A stretch of DNA of 64,000 bases, taken from Styela clava. Taxonomy: Eukaryota. The stretch spans positions 4,774,001 through 4,838,000 of the forward strand of contig NC_135254.1 in assembly GCF_964204865.1 (NCBI RefSeq). The letters are read 5' to 3'. Both the position numbers and the translations under genes were made by a program. Numbering within the stretch: the first letter of the stretch is position 1; each line of letters starts with the position of its first letter. A model generated the notes under the pieces. It was not told the origin of the DNA and did not search any database. It saw only the letters and a program-made list of their open reading frames with translations. Shown here piece after piece: positions 36,904 through 49,580 of the stretch.

Positions 36904-38359
36904 CTTCCTCTACAGCTGCAATTGGAGTTGACTGTCACAAATTCACAATTGATCCAAACATCGGTTCAGCATTACCAATATTATATTTTATTTATTTATC
37001 TATCATCTTGGACAGCAAACAATGAACTATTGCTATACTGTTATCTCTTTATCTATCATGTTACGTTACCATATATAACTATTATTGTGTGAAGTGATAA
37101 AATAGTTCTTGATTTTTAATCCGTATTCAACCCACCACAGTCGTAAACTCCAGCTTGAGCTTGCTATTGACAACGAGTCGCATTCTTTTTCTGCTTATTC
37201 ATATTAATAAGCATTTTTGTCATTGTTCGGTGAACGCACAGTTAAGCCCATGATGAGGGCGCTGTTTCGCCATTTCTTACTCCAGTGGTATTTTATGATT
37301 TTCATTTTGTGATACTTTTAAATTATTAAATTAGTATATTTTAGTCTTTTCCCTCTGAATTAATCAGCCAACAGGTGTCGCTGACTCGAAGACTGTTACA
37401 GTCCTTCGCGACCCCTTATCGATTGTAAATAATATTTGACGTTATTTCTTACGTGTATATTTCAATTTTTTCATACACTTTTGTGTTGTGTTTGCATTGA
37501 TTCTTGCATGATAAAAATAAATTATCTGAATCTGAATCTCTGGCATGATAACAATTAAAAATTGAAGTGATTATCAAATTACTGCTGCAACCTGGAAACA
37601 TTTACAATTACTTGATACAAAGCAACCACATTAAAAAACAAATTGACAAGTCGTGTCTTATGCGATCACAGTGAGCCCCACACTGTTATAGGCTCATACT
37701 TAGTCTAGGAAAAAACTAAATTTTGTATAATTTGCAATATCGAGATAAAATATATCCATTAGTGGCAGATAACTATTTTAACTTAACCAGAACCAAATAG
37801 CAATCCATTGTCATTGCATGGCAGGTCCAATAGGAATACTTGAACTTGGGAAGAGTTTTATAAACATAATGAAATACCGAAAGTTCAGATGTGATGTTGA
37901 TGCTTTGATTTGTAAAACAAATATTATGACCAAGATGTCGGGTCAAAGACATTAATATTGTATGTTGGAGATCTTTTTGATAATCCTCATGAGTCTTGTG
38001 GCCAATATATTCAACTCGCAAAGTAACAAACTAGATTATCGGTGTATTACCATACCACCTAACAAGGCCATAAATATCAAAACCGGTAAGGGCATTTGCC
38101 AGTTATGAACTGAGCACAAAATATAAAAAATGGCTGAATCCTGGAACCTTTCAGAAGCAACTAATCAAAATTTACTTTATCAGCAAAAAAGAAAATGCAC
38201 CATTGTTGAATCTCTAAGGTGATAATGTAGATTTTGGTCGCAAATAAAAAACTGAAAATTAAGGAGTTGTTAATTAAATGTAATAGATCTTAGCTGCTTA
38301 TCGATGAACAGAAACATAATATTGTTTGATTTGCTACAGCAGGATGAAATTGGCAATTT

Positions 38360-41140
38360 TATGTACAATTTTATATATATAGGTGATCATTCTATGCCTC
38401 CACTTCAACAATCATTTAGGTTTTTGTACTAACCGTATCCTATTGTCCAGATTACAATTCCCAGCAAACAATCAGATGTGATTCTCTTCTGACAATGAGC
38501 ATAGAGAAGTGATATCCTGCAAAAGTAAGAAAAGAATTATAAAATGAAAATCATAATCAAATTTTCAAGTTTGTAGCTTGTTTTAAAATGAGCATTTACA
38601 AATGATGTACTAAAAATGTATGCAATTGAACGTTGACTATAAAAAGTTTGAATTTATGTACTGTGGAAACATTCTGGAAGAATTTTTCGGAGAACCAAGC
38701 CCTTTAGTGAGTCTAAACCGTTATAACACTCCGTTAGTCTGGTGCTTTGTTTCAGACATACATTTCTGTTTGATTTCTGGAAACCTATAAATATGACTTT
38801 CATCATTTCTCGGGTTGGACTATCATAGAAACGTTTGAAAATATTTGCTGCTGATGTTGACACAGTACAAAATCAAACAGGATAATCAGTAGCATAGTTA
38901 TAACCGACATTCTAAAAAGCATCTGATCTGACTATAAAAACTTAGAAATTATGTACTGTGAAAATATGCTAAAAGATCCGAATGGAGAACGAAACCTTTC
39001 AGAAGAGTGTAACTTTGATAATATTTTTTGCCATTTCGGTCAGACTTTTGAATAGATATATATATGACTTCTAAATCATATTCTAGGGTGGATTCACACG
39101 ACTTAGAATATTTTTCGCTGTGATTGGTTTGCTATGGAACAAACAATTTCGAACAATTCGGATGTCAGTTTCGATTTGGGCTATAATTTTAAATACACTT
39201 ATATGTGTATAGGTAGAGAATTGTATGTTAGCACTTCGACAATCTTTTAAGTTTTTATACTAACCGTATCCTATTGTCCAGATTACAATTCCCAGCAAAC
39301 ATTCAAAGCTGATTTTCTTCTGACAATGAGCATAGAGAAGTAATATTCTGCAAATATAAGAAAAGAATTGTAAAATGAAAATCCTAATTAAACTTTCAAG
39401 TTTGTAACTTGTTTTCAAAATAGGCATTTATAAATGACGTACTAAAAAAGTATGCAATAAGAACTGACTATAAAAACTTTGAATTTATGTACTGTGGAAA
39501 TATTCTAGAAGAATTGGTTTAAGAGCCAAACTCTTTAGTAAGTCTAAACCTTTATAACACTCCGTAAGTCTGTTGATTTGTTTCAGACATACATAGGAAC
39601 TTGTGAAAATTTTTGCTGTAAATGATTAAAATGAAACATTGTATTATAATACAACGTCATTTGAAAGACAGGCTAAAGTTTACTAAATGATGTTGAGAGA
39701 TTGCCTTGTGTCAAATCTTCGACACACATTAAGCTATTTAGATCACAATACAAAAAAATTAAACAGGATAATAGGCAGCATAGTTATAACCGACATTCTT
39801 AAGAATCATCTGATCTGACTATAAAAACTGAAATATTACGTACTGTGAAAATATGCTAAAATTATTGATTAGAGAACGAAACCCTTTAGAAAGTGTGTAC
39901 CTTTGATATTATTTTTTGCCATTTTGGTCAGACTTTTGAATAGATATATATATGACTTCTAAATCATATTCTAGGATGGATTCACACGACTTAGAATTTT
40001 TCCGCTGTGATTGGCTTACTATGAAACAAACAATTTAGATGTCTTTTTCGACTTAGCCTATAATTGTATTTACAATTTTATGTATATATGAAGAGAATTG
40101 TATGCCATCACTTTGACAATCATTTAAGTTTTTTGTACAAACCGTATCCTATTGTCTAGAATACATTTCCCAGAAAACATTCCAAGGTGATTCTTATCTG
40201 ACAATGAGCATAGAGAAGTGATATCCTGCAAGAGTAAGAACAGAATTATAATATAAAAATCCTAATTAAACGTTCAAGTTTGTAACTTGTTTCTCAATGA
40301 GCATTTGCAAATGACGTACTGAAAGAGTATCCAATAAGAACTGACTATAAAAACTTTGAATTTATGTAATATGAACATATTCTAGAAGAATTGGTTGGAG
40401 AACCAGACCCTTCAGTAAGTCTGAACCTTCATAACACTTCGTAATTCTAGTGATTTGTATCAGACATACATTTCTGTTAAACTTTTGGAAAACTATAAAT
40501 AGGACTTTTCACCATTCTTCGGGTTGGACTAACATAGAAACGTGTGAAAATTTTTGCTGTAAATGAATAATATAAAACATTGTATTATAATACAACGTCA
40601 TTGGAAAGACAGACTGAAGTTTTATTTAAAGATGTTTGAGATTGCCTTGCGTCAAAACTTTGACACACATTAAGCTAATTATATTACATTACAAAATCAA
40701 ACAGGATAATCAGCAGCATAGTTATAACCGACATTCTAAGAAGAATCTGATCTGACTATAAAAACTTGGAAATTATGTACTGTGAAAATATGCTAAAAGA
40801 ATTGATTAGATTACGAAACCCTTTAGAAAGTGAGTAACTTTGTTATTATTTTTGCCATTTCGGTCAGACTTTTAAATAGGTATAAAAATGACTTTTAAAT
40901 CAAATTGTAGGATGGATACACACGACTTATAATTTTTTTTTTTGCTGTGATTGGTTTGCTTTGAAACAAACAATTCAGATTTGATTTTCGACTTGGGCTA
41001 TAGTTCTATGTACAATTTTATGTACCCATGTAGAAAATTGTATGCCAGCACTTCGACAATCATTTATGTTTTTGTCCAGAATACAATTCCCAAAAAACAT
41101 TCCAAGGTGATTCTCTTCTGACAATGAGCAAAGAGAAGAC
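38360..41140. repeat. Tandem array of ~830-920-bp units (3 full + 1 partial)
   Basis: Anchor ACCGTATCCTATTGTC at 38432, 39263 and 40141, with a partial copy at ~41075. Units are collinear. Confidence 0.9.
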
Positions 41141-41927
41141 AAGAATTATATAACTAATGGGAATGAGAACAACTGTTCTAGTTCATCTACAATTCTACAG
41201 GGATACTGTCTCTCAGCAGTCATTCCATTAAGTTGATATCCTTCACTTTATTAAGCTTTCTGGTAGGAAAAATCCATTTATATTATAAAACTTGCCTATA
41301 CCATGCCACAACACAATGGTTTTGATTTTGTTACTGTGCAATGTATGTAATAAAACAACAACATTGAATCAACAGTGCTAATTGTTTCGGTTTCCCATGC
41401 AGATAATAAACGAATATTTGATGCTTCATGTTGAACTGTTTTTCTCAATCAGGTAACCTTGTTGTAGGGATGAGCCGGGATTCGGATTAGAGTCGAATCC
41501 ACGCATTTTTGGACTCGGAATCGATTTTGAGTCCACGTCGTTTTTACCTAGTCTATAATCGATTCTGTTTTTACTAATTTTAATAATTCCACAAGTTATC
41601 GGTAACGTCGTGCATTGTTCAAACACGCTGAATCATGATTGGCTATCGAACCAAAGTGTTTACATGAACGCGATTCGGTCAAAATACGGGTTTGGCACGA
41701 TAATCGTTGCCATGTATACGCACTAAATGATAAGAACACGCTTTTCAGACAAGTAAGTCAACAAGTATTATGACTTCATAATGCACTGAAAAAGGGTTTT
41801 AGCTTATTTACACACTTGATTTGAGTTTACATTAATGCAATGCACGAGTCAATTCAATGGAATGACTCGAACTTGGCGTGGAGAAAAGTCTAATGATCGA
41901 CTTGACCCCTCACTCGGATGACTAGAC

Positions 41928-42246
41928 CAGCGGGTCCCAACTAGGGTCCCGTGTCCCCCAAGGGGGTCACATAGCAGTTGAAGGGGCCACAATGCTAAGC
42001 GCAAAACTGATTTTACTTTCCCCCTCGACAAGAAAACTCCCCGTTCTTCCTAGATTCATTGTTTGATAAGGTTATTTCACGGGGTGTTTTCACTTTGTGG
42101 AGCATGAATTATTTGAAAATAATCGGATTTAGAATCTACCAATCGAAATAACACTAGAAATACCATTGGAATAATAAACAGGGAGTCATGAGTGCTAAAT
42201 GCCTCAGGAAGTAGACCACGAGCCATAAAAAGTCGGGAATCTCTTG
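41928..42246. mobile_element. Decayed Charlie-like hAT MITE
   Basis: CAGCGGGTCCCAACT start, AAAAGTCGGGAATCTCTTG end, GC-rich subterminal block. Confidence 0.55.
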
Positions 42247-42816
42247 TTTACAGACTTCTACCTGACTCTAGCTGTTTGAATTATGCTGAGTCACATTTAA
42301 AAGCTTCAATAGAATTTTCCTGAATAACGTTTTATTTGAATCACATAAATGATAATCATGCCAAGTCATATTTGTAAGCCTCCTAGCTCAGTTGATTTTT
42401 ATTCGCTCAAATATCAGACTACTACTGGACTAAGTTTGTTTCAAAGATTCTCTCCCTAATATACCTGCCATAACCCAAGATATCCCTAGATCTGGTAGGC
42501 GTGGCATTTTTTTACGCATGAGTAATTTGCTATTTTACGGTTCATTTCCTTTTTTGCATAATTCCCATAAATTTACAAAATAATAACAAACTCACAAATG
42601 ACCGAATCAATTTTTAATATGATGTTTGGTTACATACATAAATCACATGTAGACTATGAATTTTATTTTCTGAGCAAAAAGTTTTAGTAGACAAGGCGAC
42701 CAATTCAAGGCATGGGTTAATATTTAAAAAAAATATATAAGTAAGAAAAAGTGAAAACTCTTTGTCGTTTATATAATTCAGTCCGTCAACGGAGTTCTGC
42801 CACTTTTTGAGCTGGT

Positions 42817-45800
42817 TTATATTTCACAAATGACACCGTGGCGCGAGTAGGATGGTTTTGTATTGCGCATTCCCTGATATGCAGACTCTGGAACTTTATT
42901 AATATCAACAGAAACAACTGACCACGATGCATAGGATTTTGGATGACCAGGATACCACACTTCAGTTGTCATAGTGATTGGTCCTCCACTTGACAGCAAA
43001 AGCTGATTGTTCTGTAACAATTGAATGAACGGCTTCAAAATCTGTTTGCAACTGACATATTAGATGAATAATGAAAATACTGGCCTTTAGTAATATGTTT
43101 TTTGGTAGTATCATAGACAAAGTATGGCAAGTGATGTGTTAAGAATTACATGAAAATGAGTGAAAACTAGAAATTACTGGAAATATCACAAATTCTAAAA
43201 TATTAGGCAAATACCAGAATATCATTCGCACCGTTCGTTTATGACGTCACAATATATTTGAAATTACAATCATATTCTATATCAGCGTGGTCCAAACCCA
43301 GGCCCGCAGTCTCAATATCTGTGGACGGGTCGTATTTGCTGAAGAGTAACCAAAAAATCGCATTTGGTGCTGTTTTGTCACAACAATAACCAGAAAAATC
43401 GTTTGACATATTGTTACATCACTAATGTCACTGAATTAACTAGGATAATGACTAGCGAAGTTGGGTGATGTGTTTGGCTCTGGCTTTCTATCGTTTTGGT
43501 CGGGAATATATGTTAATATAGGCATCATGGAAAACTAAAAATCGAATGCGAAATCTATTAGCCTAGGTTGGCTTATGCATGATAACTAAATATTAATGAT
43601 GTGGCCTAACATAATAAATTTTGCTTGTTTTTTTTCAACCATCCTAAACAGTATTACAAAAAATGATGCCTCTATGTCAGAAAATTTGGCAATTACCTTC
43701 ATGTACCTCACATTTGGTAATCAATCAAACTGCAGGTATTTGTGAGTTATTTTGTAAACATGAGTTTTCAAAATAAAACAACCAATCCAACCAGATTTTT
43801 GCCTGGACACGGGAAGGAAAATACCACAATGCTTGCTTGATATGTCGGTGACGAAAGAATATTATCTAAAACGGCATTTTAGAATATCATGAGCAATGAG
43901 CATTATCAACAGTTGAGGGATTTTTCTCTGAGAATCTTATTGATGTTCGAAAGCACTTACATTTGCGGAATCAATTTCTTCGTAAAAAGAACTTCGAAAT
44001 CTTAAACTAAATGTATAAAGAATTTTTGTTTGTTTTTTATTGTATTATTTACCTATTCTTGACACTAGTGTGGCCCGCGAACAATGCAAAAATAATTTTG
44101 TGGACCAGGTTTCTATATATTGGGTTTTTCAAATGATCCAATCTCTTAATAAAATATAAGGTATCGTTAACCTGCTGATTATTTTGTAATTTTTTTAAGA
44201 ACAAGCTTTGGATACAGCGAAGTTTACAAAAATGAGTCAAACTCCGCTGGATTGTGATCCATCAACTGACCTTATACTCCATCCCAGTCCAGACGTCTGT
44301 ACTCGTCTCACCAGCAGGGATCATTGGGCGTAGATAACGGAGCAGCGACTGGAAATGCGTGAGGTCGTAGATATTCGCGAGTTTTCCGTTGTTCATCGAT
44401 TTGCAAACGGATTGAGCGCCATTGAAGGTGACGTTGTCTGTACCATACACAACTGCTCGGAAGCATTTTGTCTTATATATGACGCTACATTTGTCTGAAA
44501 ACAATATTATTGTTGTCATTGAATTTTTAAAATTAGAATTTCAAAATATTTTAATGATCTGGGATTTTGTCGCTTTGCTTTACAAAATCAATAAGACGAA
44601 ACATAAAAAAACGACAGCACAAATCTGTGTCAGATATCATGAAAGCTATCAAGTTCAAATACATGGTTGGTCGTGACCGACTAGGGCAGGGTGGTTCAAA
44701 CCCAGGCCCGCGGGACACATGTGGCCCGCGGGACACATCTGGCCCGCCACTTAATTATCTGTGACCCGCGTCGCATTCGGAGAGGAATCAAAATATCGCA
44801 TTTCGTGTTGTTTCGTCATAAAATTAACCAAAAAACCTTTTGACATATTGTTGCATCACTAATGTCAGTGAATTGACTTGACTGGTGTTATGGCTTGCTG
44901 AGGCAACTAGCGAAGTTAAACGAACGAAGTTTTTGGCACTATTGTGGCCCGCGAACAATGCAAAAGTAATTTTGTGGCCCGCGGAGCTGCCAATCTTGGG
45001 CCATCCTAGACTAGGGGTTGTGTTAATCACCCAGTGGCAGCTCAGGGTCCAATACTTGAAGTATTCAGTAAATTAAATACTAATGCTTTGACGGTTGTGG
45101 CTTATTTTATAGTCAAATATAATTCAAAAAACACAAATATAAATTACTTTCAGCTTTTTTCTTTTCATCAAGACTCTTCTGGGTCAATCTGACGATATCT
45201 GTAAATAAATGTTCCATTTTATTAATGGATTGGGTAAGGCGTTTTAAATCAGTCATATTATATTGTCCACAGTTTTTTTTTTCATGGACGACCTTGTTTA
45301 ATTTTTTAACCACAGTATATTTTAACTATTTTTCACGCCAAGAATATTTTTTGACCATTGCGTAGTTATGACTCAAAAGTCTGTCATACTTTTATAGTCA
45401 CGAAAGTATTTTTAAACATAATACACATCATGAAGTAGGACAAACTCACCGGATCCATCGTCTTTCTGTGAAATAAATAAAATACAGATGATTCGTAAAG
45501 GGAATATAACACGTAAGTTATTTCAGATGATATTAGTTGCGTGAGATACAGAAGTCGGATTGAAAATTGGGTTGGAAATTCAGAAAAGCTTAGAGTCACT
45601 TCACAAATAGTAACTTCATACATAACAGTGACTGCTAGCCAAAGCCAAGCTCAAGAGTCAAATAGTGAAAACAGCTAAAAAAAAACTCAATTTTACCTTG
45701 CAATCTCCAACTTGGACGAGTTTCCCTTTTACAATCTGGGAACGGCAGGTTCCAGCTGTCAAAATAAAACGTAAAGTTTAATATAACATCATCATGCGCC

Positions 45801-46041
45801 AAAAATCATAAGTGTTGCTCCACTCGTTGAATGTAATAAATTTTGCAAATAATTTGAAAAATCTCTTATGTTTAAAATTTTTGGTACCAGAAGCCGGGAA
45901 TGGATGTAGACACGATTGCCTGCAATTCAGTTTTGCAAAACCTATAAACTTGTATACAAAACAAATCTTACGCGGTACTTTTAGCTCCGCAAACAAGCCA
46001 CAGATGAGAGAGAAGACCAGAATAATTTTGATAAGATCCAT
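42817..46041 (-). CDS. Secreted C-type lectin-like domain protein, 6 exons, 204 aa
   Basis: Exons 46041-45972 (signal peptide MDLIKIILVFSLICGLFA), 45755-45697, 45465-45450, 45198-45148, 44494-44271 and 43011-42817. All are GT-AG and phase-consistent (615 nt). CTLD motifs: KCF, AQSVC..GKLANI, VWTG, WYPGHP, GVICE. Confidence 0.88.
43283..44110. mobile_element. hAT MITE in lectin intron 5
   Basis: TSD TTCTATAT (43275-43282, 44111-44118). Same family as 44687-45008. Confidence 0.8.
44687..45008. mobile_element. hAT MITE in lectin intron 4
   Basis: TSD GACTAGGG (44679-44686, 45009-45016); GGCCCGCG subterminal repeats. Confidence 0.88.
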
Positions 46042-46129
46042 GTTTGCTCCTATAAAGGTTTGATGACGCAACTAAATGCTTAGCTATAAAGAAAATATCT
46101 GTAAAAATATTTAATGATATCAAAAGTTC

Positions 46130-49100
46130 AGAGCAGTCATCTTGACTCATAAAGTATTATAAAGCCGAATATGGCAACGAGTCCCGTGACAGCGCTTTGC
46201 GTCATTTCCGTTAGCCATTAGCTGATTTCTACTATATAAACATCAAACAGTCTACTCGGCACAAAAATTTAATTTATCCATATTTAATAGTTCAGTTTGT
46301 GGAGCATTCTCATCGAGCATAACTTTTTGTTTTCTAACACATAAAATGATACATATTATTCATTTTACTCAAAAACTAAATTAATTCTTTACAATTTTGC
46401 AGTTTCAAAACAAAATTTTAAGCATTTGAAAAATGCCAAAAGGTCGCCCGACGCTGCGCGCGGAAACACAGCAGATGACACTGATTATTAACAATAATCA
46501 GCAAAAAAACTCATTTTCCGCTAAATAATTGTGCAGCCCTAAAATACTATTTAAAACAAAGATTGTTGATCTTGGTGTGTCAAAACAAAACAGTTCGCAC
46601 TATTAATTAACATACGAGTTAGTACCAGCCCTGTCCTGACCTGAAATCATTCACGACTATGAATGATGCACTTTGAAAATTTCCAATGAACCGCGGACTA
46701 CAATCATCTTTTTTAATGCTCGCTTCTCTCTGTTAAATTTAGCAGTAAATTAGGAAAAACGCACTTTAGCGTAGCCAATCTTGAATCAAAAAATGTGAAA
46801 AATGTTTCCGTATTTTCCATGCGACACGGACTATTATTTTTACGCTCTTTCCTACATCCAGCACCTAAACTAACAAATACTGCGTATTAACTCGGCAGCC
46901 ATCTTGACTCATAAACTGTAATTACACAGCATATGGTGGCCCAACGAACGCGTTTTACCTCACTTCCCTTTGACAAAAACTAATTCCTACTATACAAAAA
47001 TGGAACGTTCTACTCGGCACAAAAATTCGACTCATCCATTATTATTAGTTCAGTTTGGATCATTTTTGCGAGCATAACTTATTGATCGACGTCAAGTCTC
47101 GTCCGCTGTTATATCTAACACAAAAATGATAGAAATTGTACATTTTACTCAAAAACCAAATTAATGTATCTTGACAATTGAGAAGTCCCAAAACAACATT
47201 TGAAAAATTTCAAAAGATCGCGCGAAAACAGAACGTAGGACAGTGAATATTGACTTAAACAACAAAATTAAATTAGGCTTTATAATTAATTGTACAGACC
47301 GAAGAAAATATTTGGAAAATTTCGGAAGATTGCCCGACGTTGCGCGCGAAAACAGAACATATGACACTGATTATCAACATAAGCAACAAAACTCTATTTA
47401 AAATTGTGCAGTATTAAATCAATATTTTGAACATAATTTGGCCACCATGGCTCGCCAGTTGGCACTGTGACTCGACATAAAAGTTAGTACCAAACGCCCC
47501 AGTCCTGACCTGAAATCATTTGCGAATATGAATGATTCATCAGTAATCAGTAATCAGTAGTTTATTTCTCACCATACTTAAAATAGGCACAAACATACAA
47601 ATTGCAATAAATTAAATTATAAATTGGCCATATTTCAGGGTGAAGGAGACGCGAGAAACCAATACTGGTTATCGAGCAGCGGCACCTATAAAATAAGTCT
47701 AACACTATAATTTAAAAAACAAAAAAACGAACTAAGTTTAAATAAATTGAGGAAAAAAATACATAAAATATCTCGAGACGATCTGCTGTAACCAGCAATC
47801 GCTCGCTTCAACCAAAGTGACTATAATAGTCACTTAGGCTTCAACAAAAGAAAAGACAACTCCGAACACCACTGATTCGGTAGCCATGGAGATGGCGTTA
47901 GTGGATTGTATCACAACAATGCTATTGTGATGCCCATTAGCTAACAATGGGCAATAAATGTCAAATTCTGATGGCGCATGGTTATTGGTTACAGTGGAAC
48001 CCATGGTTTGCTGAGGGCGACAACAGGATCAGCAACGAATAAACCATACCTTTATGCTTTATTACTGATTACTGATTACTGATTAGTACCAGCCCTGTCC
48101 TGACCTGAAATCATTCACGACTATGAATGATGCACTTTGAAAATTTCCAATGAACCGCGGACTACAATCATCTTTTTTAATGCTCGCTTCTCTCTGTTAA
48201 ATTTAGCAGTAAATTAGGAAAAACGCACTTTAGCGTAGCCAATCTTGAATCAAAAAACGTGAAAAATGTTTCCGTATTTTCCATGCGACACGGACTATTA
48301 TTTTTACGCTCTTTCCTACATCCAGCACCTAAACTAACAAATACTGCGTATTAACTCGGCAGCCATCTTGACTCATAAACTGTAATTACACAGCATATGG
48401 TGGCCCAACGAACGCGTTTTACCTCACTTCCCTTTGACAAAAACTAATTCCTACTATACAAAAATGGAACGTTCTACTCGGCACAAAAATTCGACTCATC
48501 CATTATTATTAGTTCAGTTTGGATCATTTTTGCGAGCATAACTTATTGATCGACGTCAAGTCTCGTCCGCTGTTATATCTAACACAAAAATGATAGAAAT
48601 TGTACATTTTACTCAAAAACCAAATTAATGTATCTTGACAATTGAGAAGTCCCAAAACAACATTTGAAAAATTTCAAAAGATCGCGCGAAAACAGAACGT
48701 AGGACAGTGAATATTGACTTAAACAACAAAATTAAATTAGGCTTTATAATTAATTGTACAGACCGAAGAAAATATTTGGAAAATTTCGGAAGATTGCCCG
48801 ACGTTGCGCGCGAAAACAGAACATATGACACTGATTATCAACATAAGCAACAAAACTCTATTTAAAATTGTGCAGTATTAAATCAATATTTTGAACATAA
48901 TTTGGCCACCATGGCTCGCCAGTTGGCACTGTGACTCGACATAAAAGTTAGTACCAAACGCCTCATTCTTGACCTGAAATCATTTGCAAATATGAATGAT
49001 GCATTTTGGAAACCTTCCGTGAACCGCGGAATAACCTTTTTTTGTTTTTATGCACGCTCCTCTCTCCTACATCCAGCACATAAACTAGCGAATACAAAGT

Positions 49101-49580
49101 ATTAACGCGGCAGCCATCTTGACTCATAAATTGTGATTATACAGTGTATGGCGGCCCAACGAACGCGTTTTACCTCACTTCCCTTTAACATAAACTAATT
49201 CCTACTATACAAAAATGGAAAGTTCTACTCGGCACAATAATTTGATTCGTCTATCATTATTAGTTCAGTTGAATCATTTTTCGCGAGCATAACTTTTTGA
49301 TCGATTTCAAGTATCATCCGCTGTTATATCTAACAAAAAAAATGATAGAAATTGTCCATTTTACTTAAAAACGAAATTAATTTGTCTTTCCAGGACAACA
49401 ATTTCAAAAGATTGCCCGCAATTGACCCGCGAAAACAGAACATATGACACTGAATATTGACATTCACAACAAAATTAAATTTACGCTAAATAACAATCGA
49501 AACTTTTCGGAAGATAGCCCGACGTTGCACGCAAAAACAGAACATATGGCACTGATTATTGACATATGCAACGAAACTCT
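46130..49580. repeat. Tandem array of ~0.6-0.9-kb units upstream of the lectin gene (further unit at ~53870-54330)
   Basis: CATCTTGACTCATAAA..TACTCGGCACAA block at ~46140, 46900, 48365 and 49115, with a partial unit at 54135. 46619-47498 is almost identical to 48083-48962. Confidence 0.9.
47539..48083. mobile_element. Retroposed insert bounded by inverted (TACTGAT)3 tails; left part is the 3' end of a CR1/L2-group LINE on the minus strand
   Basis: ATCAGTAATCAGTAATCAGTA (47539-47559) is the exact reverse complement of 48063-48083. AATAAA precedes each tail. A LINE-type 3' stem-loop lies at 47644-47687. Confidence 0.7.

Larger units (their letters stand above)
32197..37140 (-). mobile_element. 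Full-length CR1/L2-group (Crack-like) LINE (element B), inserted antisense into the 3'UTR of LINE A
   Basis: Intact ORF1 and ORF2, ~680-nt 3'UTR, AAATAAA + (TCTGAA)3 tail at 32197-32218. The 5' boundary is approximate. Confidence 0.9.
25815..37538 (+). mobile_element. Decayed CR1/L2-group LINE (element A), host of nested insertions
   Basis: ORF1 at 25974-29071 (split by a MITE, with stops) and ORF2 at 29177-32092 (APE + RT, frameshifted). The 3'UTR is split by LINE B and ends AAATAAA + (TCTGAA)n at 37538. The flanks rejoin the paralogous empty site near 15800. Confidence 0.85.
740..38350. repeat. Tandem segmental duplication: ~740-16340 versus ~19200-38350 (second copy split by the LINE stack at ~25815-37538)
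   Basis: Collinear matches in exons, introns and flanks: 780-960/19240-19450, 1200-1560/19830-20190, 3960-4260/21050-21250, 14880-15800/24590-25810 and 15870-16330/37580-37990. Confidence 0.85.

Noticed and set aside
38590-38640. C/D-box snoRNA in the tandem units
   Set aside because: The box C-like ATGATG is not conserved between units (ATGACG) and there is no terminal stem.
47830-48050. Hammerhead or HDV-like ribozyme in the hairpin-rich segment
   Set aside because: No complete CUGANGA/GAAA core or nested pseudoknot could be assembled by eye.
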